Shown here in pieces: positions 60,761-64,000 of a stretch of 64,000 nt of DNA. Below the pieces are notes generated by a model. That model was given only the letters and a program-made list of their open reading frames with translations. It made no database searches and was not told the DNA's origin. Made by a program: the position numbers and the translations under genes. The first letter of the stretch is position 1, and the number at the start of each line of letters is the position of its first letter. This stretch comes from Candidatus Latescibacterota bacterium (GTDB taxonomy: Bacteria > Latescibacterota > UBA2968 > GCA-2709665): NCBI GenBank assembly GCA_965219995.1, contig CBDCOX010000002.1:1568001-1632000 (forward strand), written 5' to 3'.

Positions 60761-61868
60761 CGGCCTCTCCTCTGCTTTCTGACGGGTGATCTGTCACTGC
60801 AGGCAAGACATGCCTTGTCAGGATGCGAAAGACCTGGTTGGCGACTGCGGATCCGTAATTTCCACCCGTGAAGACAATCACCATCTCAACATCGGGAATC
60901 ACGAACAGGAACTGACCGCCATTTCCTTCGGCAACGAAGGTTTTGACAGGATGTCCGGCAACACGGAAGCGATCCAGCCACCAGCCAAACCCATATCGTT
61001 CGTTTCCAAACTGAGGGCTGACAGATTCTTCGATCCATTCCGCAGGCAGTACCTCAACTCCGTTCCACACCCCACGGTCCAGGTACAGCTGACCGATCTT
61101 GGCCAAATCACGGGGTCTGAGACGAAGACCTGCATGCGTTTGCGGCAATCCTGTCTTCGTCCGCCACCAATCACTCCGAACGACGCCCAGAGGTCCAAAG
61201 AGATATTCGTTGGCGAAAGCATCTGCGTGCAGGCCGGAAACCTTCTTGATAACCCCCGCAAGAAGAATTGCACATCCGCTATTGTAGTTAAATCGTCTGC
61301 CGGGTTCGTCAGACATGTCAGTTGACAGTACATATCCGATGAAGTCGTAACTGTTCTCCATCTGAGCTTCTGAGTTTGGAGAACCGGGCTCAGATTTATG
61401 CACTCCCGATTGGTCCCACCTGAACCCGGAAGTCATCGTCAGCAGATGCCTCAAAGTGATCTGTTTTTTCTCTTCGGTTATGTGCGCGGAGTGATCCGGG
61501 AAGAATTGATGCATGGGCACATCAACAGAATCGATAAAGCCCTTGTCAATTGCGATTCCAACGAGCGCGGACGTTACACTCTTTGAAACAGAGCGTGTGT
61601 CATGTAGCTGGTCCTTGTCGAATACGACATGCCCCCTCCACCCATCGTTGCCCGCAAAGTACTCCTCCAGTACGAGAATGCCTCGCCGAGCGATCAGAAA
61701 GCTGTGGAGATTCTTGTACTCCCCATCCCGGATCCTGGCCAGACACTCCGCTATCGTATCCGCATCCAGACCTTGCCCAGCCAGAGTACCAGTCCTCCAA
61801 CCATCGGATGCATCAGCATGACCTGTGCTGCACAGCGTGAGGAACATTGACAAGAACAGACGGTTCAC
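60750..61868 (-). CDS. serine hydrolase (class C beta-lactamase-like fold)
   Basis: SVSK, LLTMTSG, FNYNSG, EGNGGQ. Confidence 0.9.
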   Translation of the reverse strand: MNRLFLSMFLTLCSTGHADASDGWRTGTLAGQGLDADTIAECLARIRDGEYKNLHSFLIARRGILVLEEYFAGNDGWRGHVVFDKDQLHDTRSVSKSVTSALVGIAIDKGFIDSVDVPMHQFFPDHSAHITEEKKQITLRHLLTMTSGFRWDQSGVHKSEPGSPNSEAQMENSYDFIGYVLSTDMSDEPGRRFNYNSGCAILLAGVIKKVSGLHADAFANEYLFGPLGVVRSDWWRTKTGLPQTHAGLRLRPRDLAKIGQLYLDRGVWNGVEVLPAEWIEESVSPQFGNERYGFGWWLDRFRVAGHPVKTFVAEGNGGQFLFVIPDVEMVIVFTGGNYGSAVANQVFRILTRHVLPAVTDHPSESRGEADGE

Positions 61869-61969
61869 CGATCTGACTCCTAACAGCCCGTTGAAAAAGT
61901 CCATCCGGGCTACGTCCGGCCCTTGTGACCGAATACCGGCGTTGCGCTCCCTCCCGGAACTACATGGAT

Positions 61970-62929
61970 CTACCCCGGAAACTCAGTCCTCAACAGCGGT
62001 TGAACACGATACCTCCATTGGCTCTCAATCAAGGAATGGTCTGGAGACTTTGCGGCTGCTTCCAGGATATTCGCAGCTGCTCGACTGGCCATGAGGGTAG
62101 GTATGTACTCTTCCAGATCCATGCTGAGTGAACGAACTTCACGATACCCCTTCAATAACGCATCAGACCTCTCCTGGAAACCGGGACGACCGTAGGGGCC
62201 GGCCAGGATCACAGCGATTTCATACAGGTAGTAGCCGAATCCGCAGTCGCCGAAATCAATTGCGATGGCGTGACCCGGTCGAAAGAGGACATTTCCGAAA
62301 CTGAGGTCTGCGTGAATGAGGCCGAACATCTCTGTGTCGCAGCCCATCTGTTGTTCCGCTTCTGTCAGCCGACCATAGACCGTTTCCAGATCGCGGCGAA
62401 CAGGAGCCGGTCCGATCTCATCTAAAGGAAACTTCGAACGGGAACCAAAAAGCCCCTCAGCGTCATACGTGGGGCGGTCAAAACCCGTGGGCGGCGACCA
62501 CGCTTCAGAGTGATTGTGCAACTCACCCGCAACGCGGCCAAGCAATTCGAAGTGCCGAGGCGACCGGTGGTCCTGATCCAGGATACGTCCGTTGAGCCAG
62601 GATGTAACGGATACCGGGAATGGTCCGGGTACGCCTGGAACATCTGCCACGATAACTCTTTTGCCGTCAGGCGATCTATAGGGCTGTGGAACGGAGAGCG
62701 TGGTATCGTGGCAGAGAGCCTCCAGCCAATCCAATTCCGATTCAATGATCCGGGGCGCCTTCCTGTCACGGTGAATCCGCACTCGATACTCGCCTGAATC
62801 GCAGGTCCACTTCGACTTGCGACAACGGCATTCTCCCAAACCCAGTTCGCGGAGCGCGGCCTTTGCCACCCTGTGTAACCGACGGATCCGTCCCTGGTGA
62901 GTTAGTTCTTCGAAGCTCCGTATGGCCAT
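61970..62929 (-). CDS. phosphotransferase (type II homoserine kinase/SrkA-like)
   Basis: GLIHADL..GN, IDFGD. Confidence 0.85.
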   Translation of the reverse strand: MAIRSFEELTHQGRIRRLHRVAKAALRELGLGECRCRKSKWTCDSGEYRVRIHRDRKAPRIIESELDWLEALCHDTTLSVPQPYRSPDGKRVIVADVPGVPGPFPVSVTSWLNGRILDQDHRSPRHFELLGRVAGELHNHSEAWSPPTGFDRPTYDAEGLFGSRSKFPLDEIGPAPVRRDLETVYGRLTEAEQQMGCDTEMFGLIHADLSFGNVLFRPGHAIAIDFGDCGFGYYLYEIAVILAGPYGRPGFQERSDALLKGYREVRSLSMDLEEYIPTLMASRAAANILEAAAKSPDHSLIESQWRYRVQPLLRTEFPG

Positions 62930-63017
62930 TCCGACCTCCACAAAAGCACCGTCACCGTCGGTGGAGTACCGGCTCTCTCTTGTGCCGCAGGACCCGGTGT
63001 CCTGTCCCAGCAATGCC

Positions 63018-63162
63018 GCCTTACGTTCTTGCCACTTGCGAACCCGCCCAGCTCTATGGGCGGGTTGCCGTCAGGCCAAGGAGCCCTTCGACATTTCGAC
63101 AGGCTCAATACAAGCAAGCTCAGGACAAACTCCGCGACGCAGCGCAAGTGGACGTGAAAAAT
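63018..63162 (-). repeat. attC-like site with nested REP-like insert (cores degenerate)
   Basis: Near copy of 57248-57392. Confidence 0.75.
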
Positions 63163-63259
63163 GCTGGCAGCGGCCCTCTCTTCGCGAAGCACCTTTGGGG
63201 CGGAGTTCATGCGCACACCAAAACCTCGGTTTGTGTCATGTGAATCCTATGGCGGCCTT

Positions 63260-64000
63260 TTAGCGTCCGTCAGGACGTTGTGGAGAGCATCCTTCCTCTG
63301 TCGCTGCCTGAATGCAACCGAGATTATCGTAGACCCACCAGGCGCATTCGAACGTCTCCTCAGCGTTGTCCCGCGGACCATACTCCTGGAAGTGATCGAC
63401 CAGCGTTAACAAGAAGAACGGAATTCCCAGGGAAAAGGCGGTTTCCTCTTCTGACCTGATTTCGGTGGCGCTGCCGTAGCCTTCAAGAAGGCGAGGAAGG
63501 TGGTGGAGCCATGGACGTGTTCGCCCATGGCTGCAGTCCCGAGCAACCAGGTTGGCCGCGAAATTCGCAAGATCGCAGATGCGTGGCCCGACACTGATAT
63601 GGTCACAGTCAACAAAACCGCTAACTTGACCGTTATGGAGTAGCGTGTTGCCTAAGTGGCAATCCCAAAGCACGGGCTGCTGGACAAGTCGAGGCGAAAT
63701 GTCCGCGATTGGGTCTTCCAGACCCGAAAGAATGACTTCCAGTCGGTCACGGCTCCTGCCGGTCATCCGCTCACGCATGCGCGGGACGCTAACCTCAAAC
63801 AGGCGCGAATAGAGTTCGGTCTTCCACGTATCAATCTGGCCATCATACATCGCAAGGACCTGATGCAGGTTGGCGTAAACTCGGCCAATGTTGTAGTAGA
63901 TCGGCCCCGCGTCATCGGCGTACAGGTCCGTACTTTCGCGCTCTATGCGAGGCAAAAGGATGAATGCATTTGATCCGTCGGATGCATGAAATCCACCACT
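63260..64000 (-). CDS. phosphotransferase, probably 5'-truncated by window edge
   Basis: WDCHLGN, FVDCD. Confidence 0.7.
   Translation of the reverse strand, partial: SGGFHASDGSNAFILLPRIERESTDLYADDAGPIYYNIGRVYANLHQVLAMYDGQIDTWKTELYSRLFEVSVPRMRERMTGRSRDRLEVILSGLEDPIADISPRLVQQPVLWDCHLGNTLLHNGQVSGFVDCDHISVGPRICDLANFAANLVARDCSHGRTRPWLHHLPRLLEGYGSATEIRSEEETAFSLGIPFFLLTLVDHFQEYGPRDNAEETFECAWWVYDNLGCIQAATEEGCSPQRPDGR

Larger units (their letters stand above)
3928..64000 (-). mobile_element. integron-type gene cassette array (attC array, no integrase in window), partly decayed
   Basis: About 25 related attC-like palindromes between co-oriented unrelated ORFs; complementary cassette termini; stop codons often inside R''; inverted TA cassette with its own promoter. 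Left boundary uncertain. Confidence 0.88.

Noticed and set aside
60750-61868. True beta-lactamase
   Set aside because: Has EGN rather than a KTG motif; more like an esterase/amidase family member
61881-61904. IS-end-like TAACAGCCCGTTGAAAAAGTCC
   Set aside because: Single short end with no partner or transposase; cannot be supported as an element
1-64000. CRISPR array
   Set aside because: Repeats are diverged, 65-145 bp and separated by whole genes; no cas genes
1-64000. Integrase or reverse transcriptase gene
   Set aside because: No tyrosine recombinase or RT motifs seen; the only mobility enzyme is the IS1380 transposase

Overview
A 64-kb bacterial accessory region that reads as a large, partly decayed integron gene-cassette array on the minus strand. 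About 60 short, functionally unrelated genes (GNATs, NUDIX, phosphotransferases, HADs, nucleotidyltransferases, TA modules, nuclease-like proteins, hypotheticals) are co-oriented. They are separated by about 25 related 65-145 bp attC-like palindromes (R'' RYYYAAC ... R' GTTRRRY on the minus strand). The two ends of many cassettes are mutually complementary over 10-22 bp, as expected for excisable cassettes. No integrase gene is in the window; orientation predicts attI/intI beyond the right edge if one exists. Unusual aspects: a cassette with co-varying GAT instead of GTT cores at both ends, a 602-aa ORF reading through an attC and fusing two cassettes, REP-like elements nested inside attC sites, GC-rich attC-free genes spliced into duplicated cassettes, chimeric and microhomology-deleted cassette copies, an IS1380 and a MITE interrupting cargo genes, and a cluster of defence-like nuclease genes. 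Product calls come from motif recognition by eye, not from database searches.
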